64,000 bases of DNA from Leptogorgia sarmentosa (Eukaryota), in assembly GCA_964658305.1 (NCBI GenBank), contig OZ210885.1:15872001-15936000 (forward strand). The letters run 5' to 3'. A model generated the notes under the pieces. It was not told the origin of the DNA. It did not search any database and saw nothing but the letters and a program-made list of their open reading frames with translations. Below are positions 36,148 to 48,400 of the stretch, one piece after another. Numbering within the stretch: position 1 is the stretch's first letter; each line of letters starts with the position of its first letter. The translations under genes were made by a program, and so were the position numbers.

Positions 36148-38030
36148 CTAATTTCTAGTTCTTAAAATTCTTCTTGTGTTGGTATGCCTCACTTCTTTAC
36201 AAATCCTTTTAATGAGACCAAGTGTTTTATTAGCCTCAGAAACGATGCTTTCTATGTTTTTCGACCATGATAAGTTGTTTGATATGAGCACACCTTGTTT
36301 GAGTATGTTCTCATTGATTGAATACTGAGTTCGCGTAGGTGTTCTTTTTCTTGAGATGCGCATTGTCTGACATTTTGTTGCGTTTAGTTCCATTTGATTT
36401 TAAGCTGTCCAGTTTGTTATATTGGAAAGATCAATTTGAAGTAAAGTAGAAGATATGGAAACAGAAGAGGTCAGTGAAGTTTTGAATCGTCCGCAAATAG
36501 CACAAGTTTGGAATTTTTTTTAATGTAGGTTGGAATGTTGTTACAATAAACAAGGAATACCAAGGGTATGAGCATGCAACCGTCTGTCACACCTGATGTT
36601 ACGGGAAGCCATTCAGAGAAAACACTGTGTAGAGCAACTCTTTGCTGTCTATCTGTAAGCTTTGTAACCAAGATAATAGAGATCCCCTGATTCCCAAAGT
36701 CTCAAGCTTTCTCACTCAGAAGAAGATGATCTGGTACTTTGTCAAATGCCTTTGAAAAGTCAAGGTATATGGCATCAACTTCATTCCCACTTGCAACTGA
36801 TTCCTTAATTTCATGGTATACTTCAAGCAGGTGTGTGGTTGTGGATTTTCCTCGTACGAAACCATGCTGCATTTGAGAAATGTGTGGCTGAAGATGCTGG
36901 CAAGAATGATTGTGAACAAAACATTCTAAGACTTTTGACAAAGTGCAAAGTAGTGAGATTGGCCTGTAGATCACTGCATTGGATCTTCGTGTTTGAATAC
37001 AGGTGTAATGTTTGCCATTTTCCATGTAAGTGGGGGGGTACTACACCAAGATCCAATGACATGTTAAATATTTTACATCACGAAGGTGCAATAACTTCCG
37101 CAAGTTCGATCAGCAGTCTATTCGGAATGTTATCTGGACTGCTCACTTTTTGAGCATTTAGATTGCGAAGAACTCCAACAATTTCAATTTCCTAGATTTG
37201 GATACTGGATAAGGGTAAAGAAGATTTATTTAATGCTTCAGAGCTCTTAGGATTAAAGACAGAATGAAAGAAGGTATTTAAAGTATTTGCCATCTCAAAT
37301 TTGTCTGTTGCAAAACGAGTCTTCGGTTTTCAGGAAATTGATATTCTTTCGGTTTTCCGTTGAGTGTTTTACAGCTGCCCAAAATCGTTGGGGATTCATC
37401 CAAGGACTCTGTAAGCTTGATGTTGTGTTGTTTCTTTTAAGGTTTTGTATTTCTCTAGGTGTTAGCTTATCTATCCGCCGGTGGTCATACACACTCTTGA
37501 TGCAATACTTTGGTATGTGGTTATCTATGGCTGAAAGGAACATGCCACACCAGTTTGAAAGTGTGTCATCGATATTACCAGGAACAAAACATAAATTCCA
37601 ACGAGTGTTTCCAAGTAATACCTTGAGATTGGACCAATCAGATTTAACAACATTTTAAACGAAATGCTCTTCTGTTGGTTTACTTTGTATTTTCAAGTTG
37701 GTTTCAAAGCTTATCAGTTTTGCCACAAACTATAATTTGATCAAACCTACTCTGTCTGTGAATGAGCTGAGGAGATTTTTTTGAATTCCTTAATGTACAT
37801 TAAATCCGAGTCTGGAAAACAATCGCTGCAATCTTCTTCTTCGACTCCGCACAGAGTTCACATACCAGGTTCTCATGCACAGTTAGTAAAACACTGCCAC
37901 CGGTAGTAAAACACTGCCATCATTCCTGTCTCGCTGGTGGATGTTAAAATCATTGCCAGGAAGAATTTTGCTATCCAGGTACTCGGGTTTAAGCCAGGTT
38001 CCTGTAATTGCTAAGAGGTCAATATCAATA
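36148..38030 (-). pseudogene. Decayed CR1-group LINE ORF2 (endonuclease remnant + RT)
   Basis: YRPISLLCTLSKVLE, QHGFVRGKST, YLDFSKAFDKV, TSGV, LFADDSKL, LNATKC, ANKTLGLIKR; many stops. Confidence 0.9.
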
Positions 38031-38783
38031 GACCTTACGCCTTATGACGTCATAAAGGTTAACATGTACCGTGAATTCTGGTCTTAGTAGTTAAATTCCA
38101 AACCACGAAAATGGCGGGCTTGTTAGTTGGAAATACTTCAGGTGCTTTTTTTTGAAAATGAAATCATTTTTGGTGACCCTAGTTCTTCTAAGAGCCCTTG
38201 TACAGGTGGCCGCTAAGTTACCAATACTGTTTACAGATCGATGTGGCGTATTTTTCATTCAAAATATGGCGTTAATGTCCCAAGATCAGTTGTTCAAGTT
38301 CTTTTGGCTGAGCTTGATCCATTGGGAACCCAGCAAAGAAAAGCTCATCGTCTGTAAAGGCTTACCTTAAGTTGAAGTTTGATTGAGATTCTACGAGTCA
38401 TTGGTCAGGAACGTAGGAGTCATGTGTGAGATAGCGCGGCAATCCATGAGCTTCAGTCTTCAAAGTGTGCGAATGGCCATTTCGATATATATTGGGTGGG
38501 TGCAATTTGGATTTTAGTCAGAATTTGGGTGGGAGTGTGACTCCTACGTTCCTGACCAATGACTCGTAGAATCTCAATCAAACTTCAACTTAAGGTAAGT
38601 CTCGTTTAATTTTCTAATTCTACTTCGTCATTGGTCTACGTCACTACGGAGTCACGTGTGAGACTTTAAAGCAATGGCCATGAGCAATAGTGGAATATTG
38701 GCATTTGGCAACCCTGCCAGATGTTGTATTAAACAAGTTAACAATGTGAAAAGAACATTCAGTAATATTAATAATAACATAGT

Positions 38784-39776
38784 CTAATGGGAAATGTCAG
38801 TGGCATTTAAAAGGCTTGTGCCAAAGTTCTCATTACTATCCTTTGTAATGGGTTTATCATAAAACCTACGAAACGTTTCAGATTGCCTCCAACCTGCTGC
38901 GTCCATAATTTGTGTAATTGGAATGTTTGCCAATTTAGCAGCGGACGTAGATGCTGACCGTGTGCTGTGAGCCCCAAACAGGTTCACATCTATTCCAGAC
39001 TTACTGAGGATCACTTTCAACCATTTTCCAATAGTTTCTGAAGTCACGGGTTTGTGTGGTTTGCAATAACTTAACAACAGCTGCGTGCTCTCGCCCCGGA
39101 GTGATCTTGTTCTATTAATGTACTCTTTTAGCACTTGGATAATGCACAACTTTTTATCCTCTGTATAAGCATGGAACTCAAGTTGTCCAAAATGGTGCCC
39201 TGGTTTGGAAGTTTTTAACAAATCTTTGATCTGAAATGTACATTTGTCAGCAGATAGCATCATATGGCTGATGTTTAAACACTGTAGAGTTTGGCATCTC
39301 TGGCTGGAAAGCAATGCTAAGAGCATTGTAACCTTTAATGTTAAGTCTTTAAGGCTAAGCGTCTCTGGTGGGTCAAGAGATTGAAGGTATTTTAGCACAA
39401 CCGCAACATCCCATACGTGCTTGTATCTAGGTAGAGAAGGTCTTGCATTGAAGACCCCTTTCAGGTATTTGGTTACCAAAGGGTGATTGCCGAAAGTGAT
39501 GTTGCTCGTTGGCTGTATGACGCTAGAGAGGGCAGAACGTGCCGAGTTGATGCCACTATATGACAGTCTCTCCTCAAATAACTGGTGCAAAAAGTTCACT
39601 GCAGTTGCTATAGGCGGACAAAATGGATTAATACTCCATTGATCACAGTACCGTTCCCATCTAGATAGGTAGGATTTGTATTGCTTTCTTGTTCCAGGTC
39701 TCCATGCTTGGATAATGACATTTGCAGCTCCTGTTGAAATTCCTTGCTTTTGCAGGTATCCCCCGATAAGTGGCAC
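38784..39776 (-). CDS. DIRS tyrosine recombinase
   Basis: SQRCQTL (R), AHSTRSAST (HxxR), AGW and FRRFY (Y); open 330-aa frame. Confidence 0.92.
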   Translation of the reverse strand: MPLIGGYLQKQGISTGAANVIIQAWRPGTRKQYKSYLSRWERYCDQWSINPFCPPIATAVNFLHQLFEERLSYSGINSARSALSSVIQPTSNITFGNHPLVTKYLKGVFNARPSLPRYKHVWDVAVVLKYLQSLDPPETLSLKDLTLKVTMLLALLSSQRCQTLQCLNISHMMLSADKCTFQIKDLLKTSKPGHHFGQLEFHAYTEDKKLCIIQVLKEYINRTRSLRGESTQLLLSYCKPHKPVTSETIGKWLKVILSKSGIDVNLFGAHSTRSASTSAAKLANIPITQIMDAAGWRQSETFRRFYDKPITKDSNENFGTSLLNATDISH

Positions 39777-41994
39777 ATCAGAAGTTGGAGGGTGTGATGA
39801 AGTGGATGTGGATGTTGTGGGTTGGAGGGTAGGGTTAGTGTGTTTCTTTTCCTGGGTAGAAGAATAGGAAAATTAATTAACATATTTGTAAGGTATGGCC
39901 ACCAGGATTGGGTTGGCTAGTAAGGAGCAACAAGGATTCCTGTTGCCTCCTCCTCAGTAATTTTCTGTAACACTCTCTGGATAATGCAAAAAGGTGGGAA
40001 TGCATAGAATGTTAAATCCTTCCAAGAAATATGGAAAGCATTGATAGAGTAAGCCCCCGGGTCAGGCGTAAATGAAATGTATGTCTTGCACTTAAAATTC
40101 AGCCTTGAGGCAAACAGGTCTATAGTTGGTGTGATGTTTAGTTTTCTAATAGCTTGGTCAAACACTGCTTGGCTCAGGGACCATTCTATGTCCCTACGGG
40201 TGTTCCTGGATTCTAAATCTGCTAATGTGTTGTCCTTTCCTGGTATATGTGCTACCGTTAGCCAAATATCATTGTCAATACATAGTTGCCAAATGTCTGC
40301 CACAAGCATGTTTAGTTCTTCAGAATGACTAGTGCCCATTTGATTTAAACAGGACATTGCTATAGTATTATCAGTTAAGATTTTGACATGTTTGTGTTTC
40401 AGTTCAGATAAAAAACATTGAATTGCAAAGGCAATAGCTTTAGTTTCCAGCCAGTTTATGTGACGTTGACTCTCTTCTACGACATGTTTGTGTTTCAGTT
40501 CAGATAAAAAACATTGAATTGCAAAGGCAATAGCTTTAGTTTCCAGCCAGTTTATGTGACGTTGACTCTCTTCTACTGACCATGTGCCCCCAGTGGTTAT
40601 TTTACCAAAGGAACACCCCCAGCCGATTTTGGAGGCATCTGTGCTCATGGTAGCAGTAGGCTGATGATGTGAAATAACATTATAACAATGTTCAATATTT
40701 CTGGCCCACCAAGTCAGGTCCTTCTGGGCTTGAGGGGACCAGGTCATTGGCCTGTCAAAATTGCCTTTGTTCTCTTTGAGTGCCTTAGTTTTGTTCATGT
40801 CTAACCATCTGTAGTGCAGGGGTCTATACATGACTCCTGGGAAACTAGATGTTAAAAGGCCTAGGACTCTGGCTACCTCACGAATTAAGGGTTTGCTAGA
40901 GTTCATAAGTGTTTGACAAGCATCTTTTATTTTGGCTGCTTTCTCACATGTGAGAGTAATTGTCATATTGATGGAGTCAAGGACAAACCCAAGAAACACA
41001 AGTTTTTGTGTAGGTTGTAATACTGATTTTTCAGGGTGGACAACAAATCCCACTCTGTCTAGTAAAGTAAGTGTATCAATGAGGTTTTGTACACATTGTG
41101 CAAAATTAAAACCTATCAGAAATGAGTCATCAATAAAAATTACAGACATGTGCCCCTTGTTATGCAAGGTAGAGAAAATAGGCTTCAAAAGCTTTGTGAA
41201 TTTTCTGGGGCATGGAGCCAAATCCGTTAGGAAAACATGTGTATTGGTACAGTTTTCCCCTCCAATAAAACTTCAAGTATTTTTGATGTTCTGGGTGAAT
41301 TTTCACCGAGTAGTAAGCGTCTTTTAAGTCAATGGAGGCCATGTAACAACCTGGTCGCATCATACGCACAGCTGACCATATTGTGTCCATTTTGAAAAGG
41401 TGGTATTTTACACTTTGGTTTAGACGTTTTAATTTTTAAAATCATGCGGAAATGCCCATCCTTTTTTGGACGGAGAAAAATAGGGGAGATAAATTGACCT
41501 GGTTCATTTGTTGATGGTCTTATTACCCCTTTCTGTAATAGGATTTCGATCTCAGAGTCGATAAACTGCGATTCTGTGTTGGACCACTGCAGTTGTAGAG
41601 GTTTAGTTAGTTGAGCTGGACATTGCTCGAATTCAATGAGTTGTCCGGACACTGTTTCCAGAATTTCTGGATCAGATGTGAGTGATTTCCACTCATGAAG
41701 GTAACAAGACAGTTGTCCCGCATAGGATTGTGAAACTTTTCCCTCAAAATAACGTATAAGTGACGGGACTAGGGCCGTATACTGGCTTACCTGATTCAAA
41801 TTATTTAGCTTGGTAATGGCAGTTACTTCTTGGGTTGTTGCAGGTTCCCTCGTTTGAAATTGTTTTGAAACAGAACCGATAGAGGTTGTCCTCGGCGGTT
41901 GTCCACTCGTCGGTACGACTGGGGCGCTCCCCGTAAAAAAGACGACGGTTGATTTTGCCGCCTTTGATTTGAATTGCTTTGAGGCCTTTGTCAC
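39760..41994 (-). pseudogene. DIRS RT-RNase H-methyltransferase-like ORF, frameshifted with a premature stop
   Basis: SPIFLRPKKDG..RMI, SIDLKDAYY, IFIDD, STDAS..GWG, HINWLE, TDN, HIPGKDNTLAD, IDLFAS and YAFPPF. TAG at 39917 replaces W of PYWPTQSWW. Confidence 0.92.
40385..40576. repeat. Exact 96-bp tandem duplication in the DIRS RNase H region
   Basis: 40385-40480 equals 40481-40576; VEESQRHINWLETKAIAFAIQCFLSELKHKHV appears twice. Confidence 0.95.
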
Positions 41995-43043
41995 GGCCAG
42001 CCTGTGGAGGATGACGATGGCGTGGTACTTGTATTGCCGATCTTATTCGTAGCTTTGATACGCGTCAGCTCCGTTTGGAGGTCGTTTCCAAACAGAGAGT
42101 CTGTAATAGGCCCACTTGGTGAGCACAGGCCGAGATAACCTTTGTTTAAATGCGGCCTAATGTTGTCACGTCTTCGTACTGACAAGTCGTAACTCATGTG
42201 GCTCATAAGCGCCAAGGCGTCTGTGTTCATGCGAACAAGACTGTTGATATCAATGTCTTTTGATTGACTTTGGGCGGTTAGAAGCGCGTCAGTGGTTTTC
42301 AATGTGATGTAAGCAGCTTTACAAAGCTGATTTTGGATGCGTGACAGTTTCGTGTCCGCACCTCGCACTACATTTGGCAATTTTGCCCATATTTCGGGAT
42401 TAACCCGAGGGACCAGAACTTGTTCACAGTTGACTGGTCGAAGGTGTTTATCAAGTTTATCCTTCAGTTGGTCATCGCCAAGTTTATTCAGCCATCGTTT
42501 ATTAACGATTTGTGCAAGTTTGTCGTGCACAGCTAGCCCTGTGGGCTCTGTTTCGTCAAGGGACTGTGCAATCTCCTCGAGCAAAGCGTTGTCGCTTGGC
42601 TTGTCATTTTGGGCGCCATCTTGGCTTGTCGATGTTTCGACAGTTACATTTGTGCGGCGCTCGTCGTCTAATAGCAGTTCGCTATCGGATTCACTGTCTT
42701 CAGACTTATTTTGTGAATCATGGGCTAATTTAGCCTTTTTTGCAGATATTTCTGCTGTGGCGACCCCATCTCTGTGTGGGTCATTTGCTTCGTGCAAGCG
42801 TTTGAGTGATTCACTCATGGAACACATATTTGCATTCAAGCTTGACAGTAACTGGACCACGGTGTCGTTGTTCGGTGACAGTCGGGTTTCGTATTCTTCC
42901 TGCTCGGCCAGAAGCTGAGCATCTTCATCTGTAGTTTCTTGTTGATCCATATCTTCCGATTTGCAGTTCACACAATAATGTTTGTGCAACAACCTGTTGC
43001 ACGACGTTCGCTCAGTAGAAACCAACGCAAAACTGAAGCTCAT
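41991..43043 (-). CDS. DIRS ORF1 (gag-like)
   Basis: RPVNC..VLVPRVNPEIW, LSVRRRDNIRPHL and LFGNDL; first ORF inside the DIRS ends. Confidence 0.85.
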   Translation of the reverse strand: MSFSFALVSTERTSCNRLLHKHYCVNCKSEDMDQQETTDEDAQLLAEQEEYETRLSPNNDTVVQLLSSLNANMCSMSESLKRLHEANDPHRDGVATAEISAKKAKLAHDSQNKSEDSESDSELLLDDERRTNVTVETSTSQDGAQNDKPSDNALLEEIAQSLDETEPTGLAVHDKLAQIVNKRWLNKLGDDQLKDKLDKHLRPVNCEQVLVPRVNPEIWAKLPNVVRGADTKLSRIQNQLCKAAYITLKTTDALLTAQSQSKDIDINSLVRMNTDALALMSHMSYDLSVRRRDNIRPHLNKGYLGLCSPSGPITDSLFGNDLQTELTRIKATNKIGNTSTTPSSSSTGWP

Positions 43044-45410
43044 GGATTGCAGCGCTATCTCACACGTGACTCCGTAGTGACGTAGACCAATGACGAAGTA
43101 GAATTATCTGGCTTAAACTGACCAATGATCTGCATATTATTCCCTCGTTCTTTTAAGAATCTATTAAGGAATTGCAAGCTTGTCCAACACTCTTACGAAC
43201 AGGTAGAGGCACAGAAAATGGAAGTACGGTCAGTGCAGTGTTTCCTTCGGAGAGACGATAATGATTCGTTATCTGGTTTGTGTGCTCACTGTTACGGCTC
43301 ATCGCATGCAAATCAACAGAGGCGTGGTGGTCCTTACTGCGAAGGAGCTGGAGTTCATTGTGGATTAACCTGTTTAAGGATATGGTAGATATCGGGGATT
43401 TGGATACAAGCAACAGCATGCATATGGAATGCCTTTGGTTTTCATTCAACAAAATAAGCGAAAATGAGTTGAGTCAAGTTCAAAGTAATTGGAACAATCA
43501 CTATATACCAAACCATGGCTGGGATTCCAAACAAACTGTACTTTTTGCCAGAAGAGATTGGATCAGAAGATTAGAAACCATTTAATCCTGCTGATCTCAG
43601 AGAAGCCGAATATGAAGTTCACTCTGCTGATACAGATGATTCTAACAATGAAATAAGTGACACCAGTGACCACCATTGATATTTTAACTATGCACTTCAA
43701 ACTCTTGGATTTGACCATCCAACCAGTTAGAGAGAAAGCTTGCATGTTTATCAAACATTGTTAACCAATGCCACTTAGTTATAATAAGTCATTTACTCTA
43801 ATATGGTTGTAAGCAATATGCATCGAATAATAGAAAACACAAAAAAAGAACAGTTAGAACAAATGAAGGCTGCTTTGTTGGATTTTTTGTTTAATTAACA
43901 TTTATTGTTACCTTTTATGTATATACGGTTCTTGTACCGAAAATGACAGAACACAATTAAACCATCAAATATCCTTGAAGAGTTACACCTCATGAACTGT
44001 CAACTGTTTAATGAACAAATATTTCAAATATTAACATCAATAAACTTAAACATGTGAATATATTTTTCATGTTTAACCAAAACTGAAAGAATTCAAAATG
44101 ACCAAATCCATTTCTAATGTGAAAAGTCACCAGTTAATTGAAACAGTCTATTGACCATATTATCATGCTTGACCAAAACTGGGGGAATTAAATGGAAAAA
44201 TCCATTTTTCCCTTGAACACTTCGTATTCTTCGTAGACTGTTGGCAGGTGTAAGGTAGTTGAGCATGTATTTGCTGTTGGAAAATTTCCATCTGTTAACT
44301 CTATAGTGGGTGTTGAGTCAAAGCCCAAAGGTGGAGGCACATTCGCTCCGGTGATAAAGACAAGCACATCTTCAAGATTGGCTGATGCTTCATCAACTAG
44401 AAATAAATACAAGTCTTAGTTAAGATGAAATGTACATGAATAATATACGAGGAGAGTGTTAAGAACTAGAAGGAAAGATATAAGAAAATATTTCTGGAGA
44501 GTAATGCGAGATAATCAAACATGATATGTAATTTTCATCAAGTCAATTTGCTCTGCTTCTGGGCAAATGACAAGTTATACCATGGCATTATAAAACCATT
44601 GAATTATCACATATGATAAACTTACGTTGGCAGTCTTGTAGAAGTTGATGTTTTCACTAGTAAACATTTCACGAAACTGTTCAGGGTACTGAATGATGCT
44701 ATCAAGTATGCAAGGGTCTGAAGGGCATCTTTGAGCCCTTCGATTAATGATCGGAGTCCATCAATAAGAATGTGTTTAGTGAAAATCCGTTCCTTTTCTT
44801 CAACACGACTAGCATAGCTGGCATGTCCCTGTGCTTCTAATATGGCTTGGATATTAGGATCATTCAAGTTTTCTAGTAGCATTTCAATTGTCGAGGAAGC
44901 AGCAATCTAAATCAATATGAAATATTTGCTCAGGGAAGGATAAAAATATTCATAACATTAAGAAAAACTATACTTTCCAATCCATAATTTTTTACCAAGA
45001 ATTAAGATATGATAACTTACTTGTTGTACTTTGTACCTCACAGCCGGATCTGGAATGTCGGCAATCTGTGGTTCTAATGTATATCCATAAGCTATAGCGT
45101 TGGGCAAAAGAAGTTACCAGCAGGTCCTTCATGGGCAATAGACCAAGCAATCAACACCCCAGCAGTGCGGTAATGATCATTCCTTCGCGCTGAAAATATA
45201 ATTTAAAGTATTATTTTTATTTAAATCAATGCATATGCGTGACAATTGAAATTCTTGAGCGTTTTTATAGCATCTGTTTGGTTAATGCCATAATGTTAAC
45301 AGTTGGATTGAGTTTCCCGGTGATAGAATGATATTAAATCATTCATTTAACACATTTTTGGAGATACCAGTTGACTCATCAAACACCATGATGCTACACA
45401 GCATGACATG

Positions 45411-48400
45411 CAGGGACGTAGCGACCGGGGGGGTGTGGGGGGTGGTACACCCCCAAATCATGTTATTTAGAAAAAATCAGGTAAATTAGAAGCAAATACA
45501 AATTAAATTCAGGTAATTTGTATCGTCAAACCTGATGCGATTTTGTGTAAATTAAAATGTAAATAATAGAAGTTGGGTCAAAAAATGACAATCACAGAAA
45601 CAGGATGACAACACGTGGGCCCAAAGCGCTGCACGCGTCCAACGCCAACATGTTTTTGCGAAATACGACACCCTTGTTTACAACGCACACAGCGCACAAA
45701 AGCGCAGTTATCCCATTCATTCAAAGGAAACGTAAACGGTTGTGGAATGGACAGATAGACTGATAGTATTGATCACTGCCAGTGCCATGCAATGCAATGA
45801 AACACAGAAAGATCAGTGAACGCTCAAATCGAAATCGCGTCGTTTGTTTGCGATGTGACAAGGTATTAAATTCAGATAACGCGACGTACCATCAGCAATC
45901 AAAGCATGGAGGTTTAACACCAAAGTTTCAAAACGTAGCAGATAAATCGCAGCGACTTCTTGACTTTGGAAGTCCAAAGCCTGCGTCTGAGGTTAGTTGA
46001 TGCTAATCATGTTATATTCCTTATATGCGCACAGTTTTGATCGTTCTGTAGTGTATGGTGTGTACTCGCAAGAGAACGTGTAATTGGCTGAAGATTCGAC
46101 GCCTGTCAAATTTTTACGGCGACAGTCGTTACTAATCTATTCATTGTGTTGTATTATTGTAGCCTACAAACACCACAGTCACTGTCGAATTGCAAGAGGA
46201 CGTTTTAGAGAATGATCCAATTATTGACATTGACGACGTCCCATCCACATCTACCGCCTACTGCGGCGAAACCAAGGACGAGCCACACCAAATCGGCGAC
46301 TCTGCATGCTCATTAGAATCCCCTGCAACTGTCCCAATAGTCATAGAATACGCTGGAAATTCCAAAGGGGGAAACGATGCTCAAGAAGGGAATAAATTGC
46401 GAGTCATCCCACAATTAGAAATAGTTCCCATGCATGAAGAGTCCAGTGATGATGATGATGATGATGTCCAGGCCGACCCAGCCAAAGAAGGACAATGTGA
46501 TGACGTTTGTACTCTGACTGAAGCAGAAGCTACACGGGAGTATTTTCGCTGCCTGGGACAAGTACGATGGAGTTCTGAAAAATTAGCAACCTGTGTTAGC
46601 CAAGCATCTGACCAAGGTCAAATTCATCTGAAATCTGGGTATACAGAACTCATCGATACTTGCGACAAGGTTGTCAAAATGCTCGGCGAGACGAAAATAT
46701 TGGCGGTGGCCGGACTAAAAGCCATACAGAACCAGTCACCAAGCGATGCCCAGGAGTTTGATGAGAAGATTGAATCAAATAACCTGTTTGAACACGATCC
46801 TGCTAGAAGACCATCGAAATTGACTAGCAACCAAGTAAAGTATGCAATCCATCTTGGACCATGCCAACCACAACTGTCAGTTTACCTGCAGACACGAAAT
46901 GCTGCCAACGCCAAAAAGGGAAAACAGAGTTCGTTTTCAAAAACCTGGTTTCAAGATTATCCGTACTTGGAGTACAGTGTGACTGAAAATAAAGCGTACT
47001 GTTTCGTCTGCAGTTTGTTCGGAGAAGGCGGTTATCAGAGTGCGCAGAGTGAAAGATCAGATAGGTCGTGGATTGAAGGCATTGACGACTGGTCAAAGAT
47101 GAAAGGTAGTCGAGGAAAAGGCAAACTAGGAAAGCTTGAGACACACTTCAGCAGTGGAGCGCACGCCTCTGCACTTCGAGTCTATACCGACTTTGTCCGC
47201 GAAGGTGGCCAGATCGACACGTTGTTGACGAAGCAGCAGCAACGAGGCATTATCGACAGCGAAACGGAGAAGGAAAAGAACAGAGAGGTTATCGAGATGC
47301 TCTTTGACGTGGCTAAAACTCTTGCAAGAAATGGGATGGCATTTCATGGCAACAACGCAGATGAAGACGGAAACTTCAGACAGACAGTGCAACTTCTTTC
47401 GCGCCACAACCCAGTGATGAGAGCCTGGATAGGTAATCGCGCTGTACGTAAGCATCATGCCACATACCTCAGCCCACAGAGTCAGAACGAGTTCATTAGC
47501 CTGTTGAGCGAGGAAGTGAGAAGCAGAATAAGCACTTGCATTAAGAATGCTGGTTTCTGCTCAGTTATGGCAGACACCACGCCAGACGTCAGTCACAATG
47601 ATCAGCTTTCTGTTGCTGTCCGTTATGTCGATAGTGAGACATGCATGCCAAAAGAGCGTTTGGTGAGGATCGCCGTCACGAAAGACAAGACAGGAGCTGG
47701 ACAAGCCGAAGATATCGTGAAGTGTTTGAAACAATCTGACATTCCATTATCCGCTGTCATGTTCCAAACCTACGACTCAACTGCAAGCATGTCTGGGAAA
47801 TTCAATGGCGCCCAACAGAAGCTGAGTGAATTGATGAAGAGAAAAATTCCGTACATCAAGTGTACCCCGCATGGGGTGAATCTCGTAGTGGAGCACGGTT
47901 GCGCAGCCTCGCCATTAATTGGAAAGGTGTTCATGGTCTTGGAGCAAATTGTTGTATTTTTTAGCAGCAGCACGAAAAGGCACGAAGAATTGCAACAAAA
48001 GTCCAACGAAGTTGAAAATTTCCTGCAGTTGCGCAACCTGTCCAAGACAAGATGGACAGCCCGTCCCGAATCCGTTGAAGCTGTTTGGAGAGGCCTAGAT
48101 GCCATTCTCTCTGCTCTCGATTCCATTAAAGATTCCAGCACGTCTGACAAGGAGTCGAAGACAAAAGCAGTGGCACTGATCAACAACATCATCAACATCG
48201 ACTTTATCTGTGGGATTATGTTTTTGAAGAATGTGATGTTCAAAACGAAACTACTTGCTGATTTCCTTCAAGGAGAGACTGTGGACATTGCTGGTGTTAT
48301 CATTGCAATAGATGCAACCCACGGTTGCTTACAAAAAATGCGAGGGGATGAGAAAGCAGTCGACGACCAAGTGCATGCCGCGATTGCAGTTGCTGGAAGC

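Larger units (their letters stand above)
38359..43106 (-). mobile_element. DIRS1-like tyrosine-recombinase retrotransposon
   Basis: Imperfect ITRs (~38418-38458 vs ~43032-43073). Internal complementary region ~38537-38661 pairs first with the left terminus, then with the right terminus. Overlapping gag, RT/RH and YR ORFs. Confidence 0.95.
38230..43778 (+). pseudogene. IS3/IS481-type DDE integrase (unit 3), 5'-truncated and split by the DIRS element
   Basis: 38230-38358 encodes YRSMWR...LDPLGTQQRKAHRL. 43098-43778 encodes RIIWLKL, LRT(G)RGTEN, SSHANQ..EAWWSLLRR, WNNHYI and an acidic tail. Confidence 0.8.
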
